Notes under the pieces: generated by a model
What the model saw: the letters and a program-made list of their open reading frames with translations, nothing else
Databases searched by the model: none
What the model was told of the DNA's origin: nothing
Assembly: GCA_026770705.1 (NCBI GenBank)
Contig: JANJGN010000089.1
Location: 868,001-932,000, forward strand
Source: Isurus oxyrinchus
Lineage: Eukaryota
Direction of reading: 5' to 3'
DNA: 64,000 nucleotides
Program-made: the position numbers and the translations under genes
Shown here: positions 38,480-52,379 of the stretch, in pieces
Layout: the number at the start of each line of letters is the position of its first letter
How positions within the stretch are numbered: the stretch's first letter is position 1

Positions 38480-40060
38480 TTTATGAATTGTGTTCATGGT
38501 CAAGGGGAACTTTCGTTCAATCTGAAAATATATTTGAAAGCTGCAGGACATACCAAGAGGATCGTGAGCCTTATTAATTCGATCGTGTGCTTCAGAAATA
38601 GTGGGGTTGTTTGCAATAACATAAGGACAAAGCAGTAGATTTATCAAGCCTTGCCAAAGCCACCAACTAAAGCATAGTTTCCATTTCTGGTCTTTAGGAA
38701 GAGTGTCAGGGTCTTTGAGGCAATGCAACGAAGATTTACTGGACTCTTCCATCAATGGTGTCTTAAAGCTATTTGGTTACTTTGGAGAAACTCCGGTTGT
38801 TCTCAAAGAAATTGAAGGGAAATTTGATAAAGGTTTGCAAGAAAATGACAGGTGTGAAAGTTTACATAAAAACAAGAATTACATTGAGTTGATGGTACTG
38901 AAGGATAAGAAAGTACAAATTTGACGGTTTTTTTCTGCAGGAGATAAATTGCGCATTTTAGGAAGAGATTTTTGTTTTTAATTCAGCTGGTGCTAATTGT
39001 TATGACAGCCGATGGGAAATGGTGCACTGTTCACTTCAAGGAAACAGCTATCACAACTAATTTTCAAATTCCATAAATTTCTAGATGTGTGCCTTGAACT
39101 CAGTAGTGACACAATCACCAGGTCTTAGAGGTGTTTCCAAACTAGGTAAGATATTAATTAATAAGAGAAGTGATTTTAAATACATGCATATGTCTACCAA
39201 TTATAGCTATGATAACTTCAAAACCACCAAAACAATCTAACTCTCAGTACAATTTTCGTTAAGGCAACAGTAAGGCCCAAACATTATTAAACACCTAGGC
39301 GTTGAAACTTGAGACCTTGAACAATTCGAATTTCAAGTGAGTTATCTTACCTTCATCTTTTGAAGACAGCGATTTGAGGCATAGATGCTGAAGACTTTTT
39401 GACACATTTGTAAAATGTCTTCTCCTGCACACAGACTTGCTCGTTCTTGATACCTATCTTCTTAGTATACAAAGACCCATTGTTGCGCTATGTTTTTGTA
39501 CATTACATTCCCTCATAATAGAACCATCTCAGAGTACAAAGTGCTAACAGTAATCTTTGGGAAAAATAAACACACCCTTTCCAAACTCCACCTGGATAGG
39601 TGACACATCTCACTCCTGCTTTGAAAGCAATCGAGCCTGGTTTGTTTCGCCATGCAAATGGTCCCTTGAAACCTATTTTTCTAAACTTCAACATGTTTAT
39701 GTAATTAACATTGCAAGCCTAATCTCTCCTCTTAGATCAAATCACCGAGATTAATTCAATTAACTCACTCACACACACAAGCATACACATATAAATATAT
39801 CCGACTATGACTCGAAATCACAATAAATTTAGAAAAAAAGTATGAGTATTATTGTAACTTCCTAACATAATAAACTAGAACTCGATGCCTATGAGCAAAG
39901 TGTGAACAATGGTTTATAAATAAATTCGGGTATACACTTGAGCTAGATAAGCATGTCCTGTAACGGGACAGAAAGGAAAAATTACACAGATTGGAATCTT
40001 TCATTGAGAACCAAATGGATACTATCAGGTACAGTTGCTCCTTTTGTGCTGTTATAAGTC
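38480..40060 (+). mobile_element. Old CR1-type 3' fragment split by a solo LTR
   Basis: CR1 C-terminal-like sequence at 38480-38997 continues at 39868-40060 with a CR1-type tail (CCTTTTGTGCTGTTATAA). Confidence 0.55.
38998..39867. mobile_element. Solo LTR or non-autonomous LTR element with 4-bp target-site duplication
   Basis: Begins TGTTATGA and ends TCCTAACA (7/8 inverted match, TG...CA). Flanked by TAAT at 38994-38997 and 39868-39871. Confidence 0.7.
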
Positions 40061-40444
40061 CTTGGCTCGATTAAATGTACACAGGTCAATGGGGGAAAAA
40101 AAAATAGGCAATGGCTGCTTTGGTGACTTCTGAATCTGCTTCACAATCAAAAGATTCAGGCTCAATAATCCGAGCTCGGATCTTAACCATCAATTCTACA
40201 ATTGCATTCATCTATACCTCTGTAAATTACTGAACCTCATTTTAACCTATGCCAAATATTACTTGCAAATAGTGATTGATTTCTTTCTATGGTAGCCCAT
40301 GTCTCCAACGGATGACCCTGCCAAAGGTGCCATCATTTTCACTACATCATTGCATGCTGTAGCACATTTGTAAATCTCTTTACATATTCAATTTGATTTT
40401 GGTCCCAGCGTGGTGTATGATATTTCTTTTTTCTTTCTTTCTAC

Positions 40445-41317
40445 TGTTATGTTAGTCCCGACTGTAATCTGATCTCGTGGAAAGTGTGTCTCCAAATGTT
40501 TAAGCCGTTACATGGTGGCCATGACAGTGACCGATCTACAGATCATTATCATTGATCTGATTTTGCGTAAGATCCCAATTGCTTACCGGCGACAGCTTCT
40601 ATTGATACGGTCTATCCCTGTGTGTAATATTCATGCTGCTTTGCTTTCTGCAACAGACTGTTCAGTTTGGTTCAACGTGACTTTCACATTTGATCGATTT
40701 GGGACGTGTTGTTGTCAGAAGTTGAAAACTAATTCCTGCACGAAGAAAATGGTTGATTTGGCATTTGCTTCTTAAATGACAGCACCTGGTATCTTATGTT
40801 AAGAGGTCAAGATTGGCATACGAACAGATCCTGGTTTTGTGAAGCACATGACATTGTCCATCAAGCATTGGTTTGGGTAATCATTGGGCTCCTTCTATTT
40901 ATTTTCACACCCTGATACTCATTTGTTCTGATACTGTTGTTGCACGCAGTGAATGCCCGACAAATAACAGTATCGAACAGATTTCGAAGGAGACGCTGTC
41001 AACCCAGCAGTGCCGGAAAATCCAGAGACCTGGAACTGGGAAGTTGGAGAAAACCCAACATTTTGCTGTTTGCTATCTCGGGGATTTTCATTCTGCTCTG
41101 GGCAATATTTCTCTGTACTCTCTATGGCACCGAATGTGGTGTTAGGGGTATCATTCTGCGTTTCCACATGCATATCCGAGAACTGGGATACGTGCTCCAG
41201 CTCTTTGGATGCTGCACGAACATTTATTTTTCTGCAATGACTCAGGCTAAGTTCAGGAAACACTTGAAAAATATTTTACATTACCATAGTAGATCAGTTG
41301 TAAATTTAATCAAATGA
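40445..41317 (+). pseudogene. GPR139/GPR142-like GPCR pseudogene (paralog 2, exon 2)
   Basis: SRGKCVSKCLSRYMVAMTVTDL...PVCNIH..ATDCSVWFNVTFTFDRF..CCCQKLKT, then a stop at 40773-40775, an apparent TM4 deletion and frameshifts. The 3' part reads ILLFAISGIFILLW...CCTNIYFSAMTQAKFRKHLK. A possible decayed exon 1 lies at ~40290-40368. Confidence 0.85.
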
Positions 41318-41660
41318 TTATAGGAAGTACCAACATTCCAGCAATGTAAATCGTATCGTGTTCAACCCGTTCTCCCACGTACGGCAAATTATATTGGGTA
41401 ACATTTTCACACTTACTCAGACCATGTGTGGGCAACAAAATGCTGCCAGTGACTGATTATGTATTATAAGACATTCACACTGATCGCAGGAAAATCAATA
41501 CAACAGAAAAGACCACAGGTTAATATTGACGTTTTCAATGAGTAAATCAAGCCATACTGTAGAATATTTACACTATGGTGAACAAGGTAGATCATGTTAA
41601 AAAATCCTCCACCTTTTTTGAGCAAACTCTCCTAGCATACTTTCAGTGCTGATTTGTGAC

Positions 41661-41875
41661 GGAGTAAAGTTCAATCTACACTGCCTCGTCAAAACTTCAC
41701 GTGGTCAGGTACAACACGACGTTAGATGTAGAATAAAGTTCTAAATGCACTGCCCCATTAAACAATTGCACAACTGTAAGGGTACCGGATTGGACACCGA
41801 TTAATAGCCCTCTACAATGCTCGTTGAAGTTTACAATTGCATGTGCATCACAGAACTAAGCACAGAATAAAGTTG
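41661..41875. repeat. About three decayed units of a ~69-bp satellite
   Basis: GAGTAAAGTTCAATCTACACTG / GAATAAAGTTCTAAATGCACTG / GATTAATAGCCCTCTACAATG / GAATAAAGTT recur at roughly 67-70 bp spacing, followed by a poly-G run at ~41888-41910. Confidence 0.6.
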
Positions 41876-43439
41876 TATGTATTGGGTGGGGGGGGGGGGG
41901 GGGGGGGGGGTTGCAGAATAATGCCTGGGGAAACTATTTGGACCATAAATTGATTCTCCCCGGCCGCAGCTGGGTCTAGCAAATTTAAATAAAATAAGCA
42001 CAAATGCTATCTAGGGATCATTAGCGCACGTGGGAATAAAAAAGATTTATCTCTGGAGTGCACTGTTTGTGAGCGATTTGTACCTCAGTGGGGTTCGTTA
42101 ATTTCTACGTGACGCTCACACTTTGTTGCCATGTTCGAAAACAAAAGTGTTCCAAATCTAAGTCAAAGGTAGCAATGAGTGCCTTAATGAAAGGAAAAAC
42201 AGGAATTGAGTGCCGAATTGATCAACAAGAGTGGACTCCACCATGCATTACCTGAATATCCGTAAAACAGCTGCCTGTGTCAATTGTAAAGTAGGTGTGG
42301 TAGTCTTCAAAGGTTGCAAAATGAAAGGGAATTACGTGTATAAGTATGCATTAAAATATTTTTTTAAATGTCTACCGAAGGGGTAACTAAGAAATCGGAT
42401 GATACGTTTGTTCTATGCAAAATCGTAAAATTAAGGCAGATTATTATTTTTTCACTAAACTATTAGCAGAGCAGGATGGAATTGCGAGAACGATCTATCT
42501 CATGGACATAATCTTGCCAAAGACAACAAACAGTAGAATCTATAAAGGAATTGATGGTTGAATCTGCTGCAACTCTGTCCAGATGAAAAGGGGCAGATCG
42601 CAAACATCTGCTTGTCGAAGTGAAGTACTGTGGGAATTGTCGACGCTATCAATGAAATCCTGGACCTGCAGCTGGAAATTAAGTCAAAGAGCTGTTCTTA
42701 TCGATGTCCCATATCTTGCATTGGCTCTCGTTGGGAATTTCTAATGCCCAAGAGAGTTGTTGATTTCCACTTGGAGCTTAACAGAAAAATATTAAACTCA
42801 CTGAAGAATTAGTCTCAATGCAGTCCTAAAACAAGGAGTGATTTAATAGAATATGTAAATCACTAGATGTCCAATACAGACCTGAGTGGAAAACATTGGC
42901 AGTGTGATCAATGAGAAAAAGACAAATCTGACAGGCAAGCACAATGGATTAATGAAAATTAAGTCATGACCAATTCAGATAAATAAATCTAGAACAGAAT
43001 TTTTTTTTTATATATTTTAATATTCAGCAAGGTGACGTTTATAAATATATACCAAGATCAAGCCATGCCATGGAAACAGTTATGCACGTATTCAATAGCC
43101 CAAGGGTCTTTGTTCATTTTTTTTCGATCTACATGCTGCCCATCAGCGACATCACCCAAAACACAGGAATTATTTTCACATGTATACTAATCACACCCAG
43201 CTGAACCTCACAATACGTTCTCTCGAGTGCTCCAGTGTGGTTAAATAATCAGACTGCTTATCTGGCATCCAAAACTGGGTGGTCAGACATTTCCTTCTGT
43301 TAGATATCCGAAGGTGGAGTTCTGATCCTTGTTCCAAACACCGTTCCCTTATGGAGAGGAATTTTCAGGGACAGAACAAGACTGCCAATTTAGCGTTTAA
43401 GGAATGGCTGGGGCCCAAGCACAGATCCAAACCTGGTTA

Positions 43440-44555
43440 AAGCCTGTCAACGTGAGAATGATCCATCTATCCCTATGTTCTATTTTAAATCCTTTAACTA
43501 AACCTCAATCCATGCTAGTATATTTCCGCAAATCCTATGAACTCTAATTATCCTTACTAACATCCGATATGGGAGCTCATTAAAACCTTCTAGAAATCTA
43601 AATCCATCACATCCATTCGCTCTCCCTTATAGCTACTGCTAGTAAAATTCTCAAAGAAAATCTATCGGGCTTGTCAAACATGAATACCCTGTCATAAATC
43701 CATTTTGGCTTCGCAATCTCAGCAGGTATCACAGGTTTTATTATTGATTCTAGCATTTTCCGTCCACTTGATATCAGGCTAAGAGGTCTACAGTTCCCTA
43801 TTTTTTCCTCTTATAGACTTTTTAAATAGTGGGGTCATATGTGCAATGTTCTAATCTTTAGGCTCCATTTCTGACTATATCTAATTTTGGAAGATGTTCA
43901 TCAAAGCATCCATTTTCTCTACAGCCATCTCTTTGAAGAGTTTGGAAAGTAAATCATAGAGTCCAGACCAAATAATTCCTCCAGCACAACTTCATTACAG
44001 ATACATATTTCTTTCACATATTCGATCTCACTACTTCCTTTTCCACCTGAATGTTTCGGGGGGTTGGGGGCGACGAAGGAGCTTCAGTGTTTCTTTTATC
44101 CTCCTTCTTGAAGACAGGTCAAAAGTTTTTATATAGTGTTCTGCAATTTCCTTAGTCCCCATTATTAATTATGCAAACTCGGCCTGTAATGCACACACAT
44201 AAATTATTAATAAACATTATCAACTTTTACTAACCTTTACGAAACGTTTTCTTTTTTACATAACTATAAACGCTTTTGCAGTCAATTTTTGTGTTCATCA
44301 CTAGTTTAATCTCAAATATCTTCTCTTTCATTACCAATTTCATGCCTCTCTTTATTCTGATTTTCAAAATTATTCAAATCCTAAGCCATACCATTTCATT
44401 TGGCAAATTTACATGCCTCTTCTTATTGCCTGTTAGAATCCTTAATTGCCTTTGTTAGCCATGGTTTTGTCTGCTTTCCTACTTGCTTTTTGTACCTTAA
44501 ATGAATTAATTAGTATTATATTTAAATTAATTTATTGAATAGTTCTAGAAATGGC
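43440..44555 (-). mobile_element. Old CR1-type ORF2 fragment
   Basis: The reverse complement has GGGAACTGTAGACCTCTTAGCCTGATATCA (GNxRPLSLxS) and GATTTAGATTTCTAGAAGG (LDFxK). Confidence 0.65.
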
Positions 44556-44559
44556 AGTT

Positions 44560-47500
44560 GCTGAGGTGAAGTGAGATGTGGGATATATGTGAGGCTTCCG
44601 GTGTCCTGGACAACGGCATCTGCAGCAAGTGAACCCAATTGCAGCTCCTCACAGACTGCATGGATCGTTTGGAGCAGCAGTTGCATGCACTTAGGAGCAA
44701 TCAGGTGCCGGAAAGTGTTATTGACAGGAGTTTTGGAGACGTGGTCACAACGAAGGTATGGACAGATAGATGAGTGACAGCTAGAAGGGGCAGTGCAGAA
44801 ATCCCCTGTGGCTTCCCCCCCTCTATAACAGGTGTGCCATTTTGGAAACTGTTGGGTGGCTGGCCTATCAAGGGAAAACAACAGCAGTAGCCAGAGCAGT
44901 GGTACCACGGATGGTTAAATTGTCAAGCAGGTGGTGGTGGTGGTGGGGGGTGGGGGGATATCAAAGCACAGGACAGCAATTATCATACGGAACTCTATAG
45001 TCAGGGGCTTAGATAGGCGCTTCTGTGGTCGTGAAAGAGACACAAGGATGGAATGTTTACTCCCTGGTGGCAGGGTCCATGATTTCTCTGATCGGGAATG
45101 TCCCATTCTGAAGGGGTAGAGAGAACAGCCAGGTCAAGGTATACATACCAACGACATAGTTAGGAAGAGTGACGAGGTCCTGCAGCTGGACTTTAGGGAG
45201 TTAAGCAGTAAGTTAAAAAACAGGACCTCTCGACTTGTAATCTCAGGATTACTCCCTGTGCCACGTGCCATTCAGAATAGAAATTGGAAGATAGTGCAGC
45301 TGAACACGTGGCTGAACAGATGGTGTAGGAGGAAGGATTTCTGATATCTGGAACAGTGGGAGCTCTTCAAGGGCAGTCTTGAACTGTACAACAAGAACGT
45401 GATGCATCTAAACTAGAGAGGCACCAATATCCAGCAGGTGAGGATCGCTAGTGTCCCTCGGGAGGATTTAAACTAGTAATAGAGGCGAGTGTGAAGCAGA
45501 GAAATAGGTAAACAGGTGAAATAAATGACTGTGAAACATTGATTATGGCCAATAGGACTAAGAGGAAGGGCGGGCAGGGAGAAATTACTGAACACAGTGT
45601 GACTGGGGGAGTGAAATGCATTATTTTCAATGTGAGAAGTATAACAGACAAGGCAGATGAGCTTAGAGCTTGGTTAGCACTTGGGACTATGACATTATTG
45701 CTACTAAAGGGATTTGGTTGAAGGATGGACAGGATTGGCAGATAAAAGTTCCAGGATTTGGATGTTTCAGGCAGGATAGAGAGGGTGGTAGAAGAGGTGC
45801 GGGAGTTGCTCTGCTGGTTAAGGGGAATATCACAGCTGTACGACAGGATGACGCCTCGGTGGGCTGATGCAGTGAGGCAATATGGGTAGAGCTGCGGAAT
45901 AGGAAGGGTCCAGCCACAATTTTGGACGTTTACTAAAGTCCTTCCAATTGCCGGCGGGAGATTGGAGAACAGTTTTGTAGGCAGATATTGGAAAGATGTA
46001 ACAGCAATAGGGTTGTAGTCTTGGGGTAATTTTAACCTTCCCTATATTGACTGGGAATCACATAGTGCTAGGGGTTTGGATGGTGCAGAATTTGTAAGGT
46101 GCATCCAGGAGGGCTTCCTGAGACAATATGTAGATAGTCCAACTAGGAAAGGGGCAATACTGGAGCTGGAAATAAGGAATTAACCCGGACAGGTAATCGA
46201 TGTTTCAGCAGAGGAGCATTTCGGGAAAAGTGAACATAATTCACTAAATTTCAAGGCACTGATGGATAAGGATAACAAGTATCCTCAGGTTAAGGTGCTT
46301 AATTGGGACAAGGCTAATTATCACAATGTTAGGCAGGAACTGAGGAATCTAGACTGGAGGCGGATGTCTGAGGGCAAATGAACAACTGACCTGTGGGCGG
46401 GATTTCAAACGTCAGTCAATAAGACTTCAGGACCAGCATATTCCTGCTAGGATGAAGGATACACATGGCAAGTTTCAGGAACCTTGTATAATGTGCAATG
46501 CGTCATTATTCAAAAGTAAAAGGGAAGCATTTGTGAGGGCTAGAAGGCTTGAACCTGATGAAGCACGTGGAGAATATAAAGAAAGTAGGAAGAAACTTAA
46601 GCAAGGAATCAGGAGGGATAAAAGTGGTCATGAAAAGTCACTGGCAACCAGGATTAAGGAAAATCTCACGGCCATTTATTACACAGGTAAAAACAGAAAG
46701 GGTAGCCAGTTAAAGGGCAGGGCAGAGGTGTGGGGAGACGGAAGGAATGGGAGAAATACTAAATGATTACTTCTCAGTAGTATACACCAAAGCTAAGGAC
46801 TTAGCAGTCAATTTTGTAGGGAAGAGGGTGTAGATAGCCTGGATCATGCTGAGATAAAAAAAGAGGAGGTGTTAGGCATTTTGAAGAATATTAAGGTGGA
46901 TAAGTCCCCAGGGCCAGATGGGATCCACCCCAGAGTATTGAGGGAGGCAATGGAGGAGATCGCTGGGACATTGGCAGAAAACTTTGTATCCTCAGTGGCT
47001 ACGGGTGAGGTCCCAGATGACTGGAGAATGGCTAATGTTGTTTCATTGTTTAACAGGTGTAGCAGGGATAATCCAGGAAATTACAGGCCGGTGAGCCTTA
47101 CATCAGTGGGAGTGAAATTATTGGAGAGGATTCTTCTTGACAGGATTTAATACCATTTGGAAGCAAATTTGAGTGTTAGTGAGACGCAGTATGCTTTTGT
47201 GAGGTGTAGGTCATGTCTCATTAACTTGTTCAAGTTTTTCGAAGAAATGACAAAGGTGATCTACGATGGAAGGGCAATGGATGTTATATACATGGATTTC
47301 AGTCAGGCCATTGACAAGGTCGCTCATGGCAGACTGGTACAGAAGGTAACGTGATCAGAGGTGAGCAGGATGAATACAGAATTAGCTTAGTCATAGAAGA
47401 CAGAGGGTAGCAGTGGAAATGTGCTTTTCTGAATTTCGAGCTTCGACTTGTGAAGATCAGCAAGGATCTGTTCTGGGACCTTTGTTGTTTGTAGAATACA

Positions 47501-48445
47501 TAAATGATTTGGAGGAAATGTTACTGTGCTAATTAGTAAGTTTGCAGACGACTCTAAGGCTGGAGGAGTTGCAGATAGTGAAGAGGGTTCTCAAAGGATA
47601 CAACGGGATATAGATAGGTTGCAGAAATATACGGAGAAATGGCACATGTTGTTTAATCTGAACAAATGTGAGTTAATGCATTTTGGAAGGTCTAATAGAG
47701 GCAGGAATTATACAGTAAATGGCAGAAAACTTAAGTGCATTGACGGGCAGAGGGATTTGGGTGCACAGGTCCACTGGTCACTTAAGGTGGCAACGCCGGT
47801 GGATAAAGTAGTCAGGAAGGCATATGGCATAATTGCCGTCATTGGCAGGGGTATTGAGCATAAAAGCTGGGAAGTCAAGCTGCAGCTGTATAGAAACTTG
47901 GTTCGGCCACACTTGGATTATTGTGTGCAATTTTGGTCGCCACATAACCAGAAGAACATGGAGGCTTGGAGAGGGTGCAGAGGTGGTTTACCAGGATGCT
48001 GTCTGGTCTGTAGGTTATTAGCTATGCGGAGCGGTTGGATAAACTCGCATTGTTCTCATGAGAGCGACGGAGATTGAGGGGCGACTTGATAGAGGTTAAC
48101 AAAATTATGAGTGGCATGGAGAGAGTAGATAGAATATTTTTCATAGGGTGGAACAGTCAATTAAAAGAAGACATAGATTTAGGGTGAGAGGGGAAAACTA
48201 TAGAGGAGATATGAGGGGCAACTGTTTTTTTTTTATGCTGAGGGTTGTGAGTGTCTGGGCTTCGCTGCCAGTGGAGTTCGTGGAAGCAGGTACGATAGTA
48301 CTGTTTAAGAGGCGGCTTGACAATACATGAATAGGATGGGAATAGAGGGATACGGACCCCGGAAGTGCAAAATGCTTTAGTTGACGGGCAATATGATCAG
48401 CGCAGGCTTGAATGGCCGAAGGGCCTGTTCCTGTGCTGTACCTTT
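44560..48445 (+). mobile_element. Near-full-length CR1 (HER1-like) LINE: ORF1 zinc finger and SGNH esterase, ORF2 APE-RT; inactivated
   Basis: ORF1 AIIIRNSIVRGLDRRFCGRERDTRMECLLPGGRV (decayed GDS esterase motif). APE KCIIFNVRSITDKADEL and RQDREGGRRGAGVALLVK. RT KSPGPDGIHPRVLRE, GNYRPVSLTSV, YMDFSQAIDKV, ISKFADDSK. Tail TGGCCGAAGGGCCTGTTCCTGTGCTGTA at ~48412-48440. Confidence 0.93.
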
Positions 48446-50329
48446 CACTCAGCGCCCCTAGCAGAGCCAGCCACAGTGACCCGAAAGTTGTGTCCGGTTT
48501 CCTGGATCGTGGAGCTCTTCACCAGTATTGAACCGCTGTCTGCCATGAACGACTAGAAGGTTCGACAGGAAGGGTGGGGGTCGAGGGGGGAGGTGGGGAG
48601 TGGTGTTGGGGTGCGGGTGGGTTAAATGAATGGTACAAGGAAAGATCTCAGGGGACATTTTGTAAATTGGCCGTAAGGTGTCTTCATTTTCCTCTGTTGC
48701 TGCACACAGGAGGCCGCAGTGAATTTGAGCCCACTTGCTGGGGAAATTGTAGCTAATTGAATCCTTCTGGGGACCTGCCAAACAATGCCGATTGTAAAAC
48801 GGCCAAAAACCGGGTTAGGAACTGAATCTAAGTAATTGTTTCCCAAAATCTTCTGCTTGGGCTTCCGAGTATAGGTCAAAGTCATCCATTTCATAATGAA
48901 TTCAGGCCCATGATTTAGATTCTTGTCCAAACAGTGCAGTACATGCAATGATCATTGCGCTGATACTGAGGCAGATGCTAAAAGCTGCAGAAAATATAAT
49001 AGAAACTACCCCGTTAAATCAATCCTATTCATTAAAAATTGACTGAATTCTCAGACATTCCAATGTTATTTTTGCCGAGTTTAGAATGGAGATCAAGATC
49101 TCCCAGCACACTTTTAATCTGCAGCTGGTCACCATGCTGCAGGAGTGAGGGCACAGAAGGTGAAAAAAGTAAAGACCAAGTGTAGTGTGCCATCTCCTCA
49201 GCTGGACTCCATGGCAATGGGAGTGGCACACCAAAGAAAAAAAGTGAAAACAGCTTCTTTCACTTGAATCTAGTTTTTGAAGCCCAGCTGACCGCTGTTT
49301 CCAGGGATAATTGCGAAGTTTGAGGATGAGGAGGAGGAGGAACCAACTACTGCCAGGACAGTGTCAACCTCCACCAGTGGCAGCTAGCAGTGCTCAGCAT
49401 TGGTGGAAACAGACACTCCGTACAAACACAACGTAAAGGAGCCAATTGATCCAGCCAGTGGGAAGGAGGAAAGGCAGCAGGAGGCTGAGCCTTAACATTT
49501 TGCCCCCAGTCAGAATGAAAACAGCCACGTCAGGCCAATGAGACGCAGAGCCCCTCACCAGCTGCATTCACAGCCACATTCTGCTGAGCTTCATTTGGCA
49601 ACAACCGAACCTATGTGGTAGGGTATTTGGCAAGCACAGTCGAGCATCGCAGGTCTAACACCATTTTATCCATCTCCATGCATGCCAGAGTTCAGCTACC
49701 GAGTGTGACAGGCTGAAATGGATTCCCCGAGGCAGTAGAATGGTGTCCTGATTGCAAAGAACGAGAGGCCACAGGCTCAGTTGAACAGCTGGGCCAAGTC
49801 ACGAGCATGTTATTTGTGTGACAATCTGGGTAAGAATTCTCTGTTCCCTGCTGTACCCCACTAATCAGCAACTTCCTCTACAGTGTGTGATTACCGTGTC
49901 CCGACACATTATGATGAATTGTTTGAGGCACCTGAAAACAGAGTTGTGTGAATAGAGATTCTGGAATTGAATGTAGTGAAATTCACCTGGATAATCCCTC
50001 GACGGCATTGCATTTATAACCCTTGGATTCTTCTGGGGAGCAAGATAAAGATCTGTGCCTTTCCTTTTTCCATTGATGCTTTGAACCCTGGTAAGTTGCT
50101 GCTCAAGTGGGACATTTTTGGTCTCTTGGAGGGCAAAGGTTGCAATTGAGAGCAGGTTTGAAGATCAAAATTGGGTGAGTGCTTGTGGAATCCTCCCTCC
50201 ATTACATGAAATTAGGTCACATTGAGTGGTCGCATCCTGCTGTCGACCTAGACTTTCCCGAGACATTCCTTGCAAAATGTGTGTCAAAGATACTGGGGCC
50301 TACATCAATTAACTGGCCTTTTTCCCTGG

Positions 50330-50640
50330 CCATGTCACTGGATTAGTAATCCAGAGAGGCTTATGCTAACTGGACACAGGTTCAAATCCAACTACGTCAG
50401 CTGATCAAATTTAAAATCGGTTTAGAAATTCTGGGATATAAAATTAACTTGAATAATGCTACCACAGATTAGAATCTCATCGATTGTAGTAAAAAAAAAC
50501 TTTCACAAATGTCCTTTAGCGATGCAAATCTGGTGCCCTTACCCATTCTGGCTTGCAGAAACGTGGTTGACGTTTAACCATTGCCAAGGGATAGGGATGC
50601 CGGCCTTGTCAGGGCTGTAACTTTTGAGAGAATGAAGAAA
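50330..50640 (+). mobile_element. tRNA-derived SINE-like element sharing head and tail with the LINE at 5341-8560
   Basis: B box GGTTCAAATCC at ~50379. Shares CTGGATTA.TAA.CCA, CCTTACC and GTGGTTG in order with 5365-5555, then jumps to a CAAGGG..AGGGATG...GAATGAAG tail like that at 56110-56170 and 8495-8555. Confidence 0.6.
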
Positions 50641-52379
50641 GACCATACTCTGCCGCTCACTAAGGCATATAGTGGCCTGCCTATTTCATTCCCGAAGCTT
50701 TGAGGTTGGTCAACACCAATGATTGATTCTTGTCACCAATGTGGGAATTTAAAGGTGAAATCACAGCGATCTCACTGAGACTCGTTGTTTATGATGGTTG
50801 AATGTCCATCATTGAAACATTTTTTTTTAATCTTTTGTAAACAGACCAGCTGTTATTCCCAGCATTATGGCAAAACTCAGAGGACAACAACCAATCAACC
50901 ACTCATGCATGCTGAAATTGCCTAGCTCCAGGGCCCACAAGAAACCATTTTTACACAAAGGATGACTCTTGGAGGCAGGATTCAAGAATGTGAGTAGGAA
51001 GGGAGATTTGACGTAAGTACAATTCGCTCAGGAAATTAAAATAGCATGTCTAGTTTTCACACCCCATGGTGTTTTAGCAGCAACGCACATTTGCAGTCAT
51101 TGTACAATCAGGAAAGCAATTTAAATCCCTAAATTTCAACACCAAGGCCAAGAGAAGATGGAACTGCAACATCGTCAGTATTTTTTTTAGCACTGAAACA
51201 ACTGGAGATACTGAAAAAATTAGAAAAGAGAAATCTGGTTGGAAGCCACCTGGTGAATGCACCCTTTACTAGTGATGTCCTACCGAACTCAAGCTGCAAG
51301 GGCAAAACTTCTACAGCAGACAGGAAGAAGTCTTTACCCTTGAAGGCCATTGACGCTGACAAGGGCGAGTGCATATAACAACCAGTAACCAGGCATTTAT
51401 AAAGCAAGTTAATATATTGCATGTAATTTTAAGGGACGTCTGGGTGGTGAAATCAACACTCGGCCTGGGACCAAATGTTTCAGGAAAAAAGTCTCTCCCT
51501 TGTGATTTTATCAAGCGAATGCGTTGCCTTCTCGGAGTTCATAAGATAGAACGGAGAGCCAATGACGTGATAGACAGAGCTGAACTGGATAATAAATAGC
51601 TGCTGCACAAATGCAAGATGGCGACCCAGCAGGAGGCTGGACAGAACAATGACAGGGCGTGGTTGGGGGTTGGGGTGTGTGGTCGGGGAGGTTTCCCAGT
51701 CACTGCAGGGTGAACATAAATATATTCACGTTTCATTTTAAACTTCATTTTACCTTACCGGGGTTCCCGGTCAGGAAATGCTTCAAGAGGAAAAAAAATA
51801 AATCACTATCAGTTTTAGAAACCCCAAATTGGGGTCAGAGGAAGTATTTTTTGCCAGCATTTGCCACAAAACAGATAACCTGAATTGATGACACTTTCAT
51901 TGTCTCCGAACTCTCCTAGGCTTTAACTGCAGGTGCAGGATTTACATTATTTCATCAGTCCGTGCATATTATTGTGCACAGGCGTCTGCCGAGTATTCAG
52001 TGACAAGTCGTGATATTGGCAATTTCCCTGAAGTCTGGTGTGAGTATTACATCCGCAGATCTAACTGTCGGCCGCAATATCTCATTAACAAATCGAGACA
52101 CTCTCCTAACGAGGAATGCTTCATCATATGCATGTGCTGATCAGAGGATAATTCAACAACTCTGTCAATCTGTAGATTATCAAGCATCATAAATTCCTGA
52201 TTGGGATTGAGGAACAGCGAGTTCCCTCAGAAAAGGCATCCTGTCATCCTTCTAATCGATGAAACAACAGAAGGAAGCTCGCAACACCTCCAGTCACACA
52301 TTTTACCACTTCAGCACTTTCAGTTGTTACTGAGTGAAGATAACCCCAGGTTTCTCCACTCTGCGCCAAGCTTCGAAAC

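Noticed and set aside
48450-50320. Second Harbinger element (FRCL on the minus strand near 49925)
   Set aside because: Only one short motif, and the other transposase motifs seen at 11030-11950 could not be found; left unclassified.
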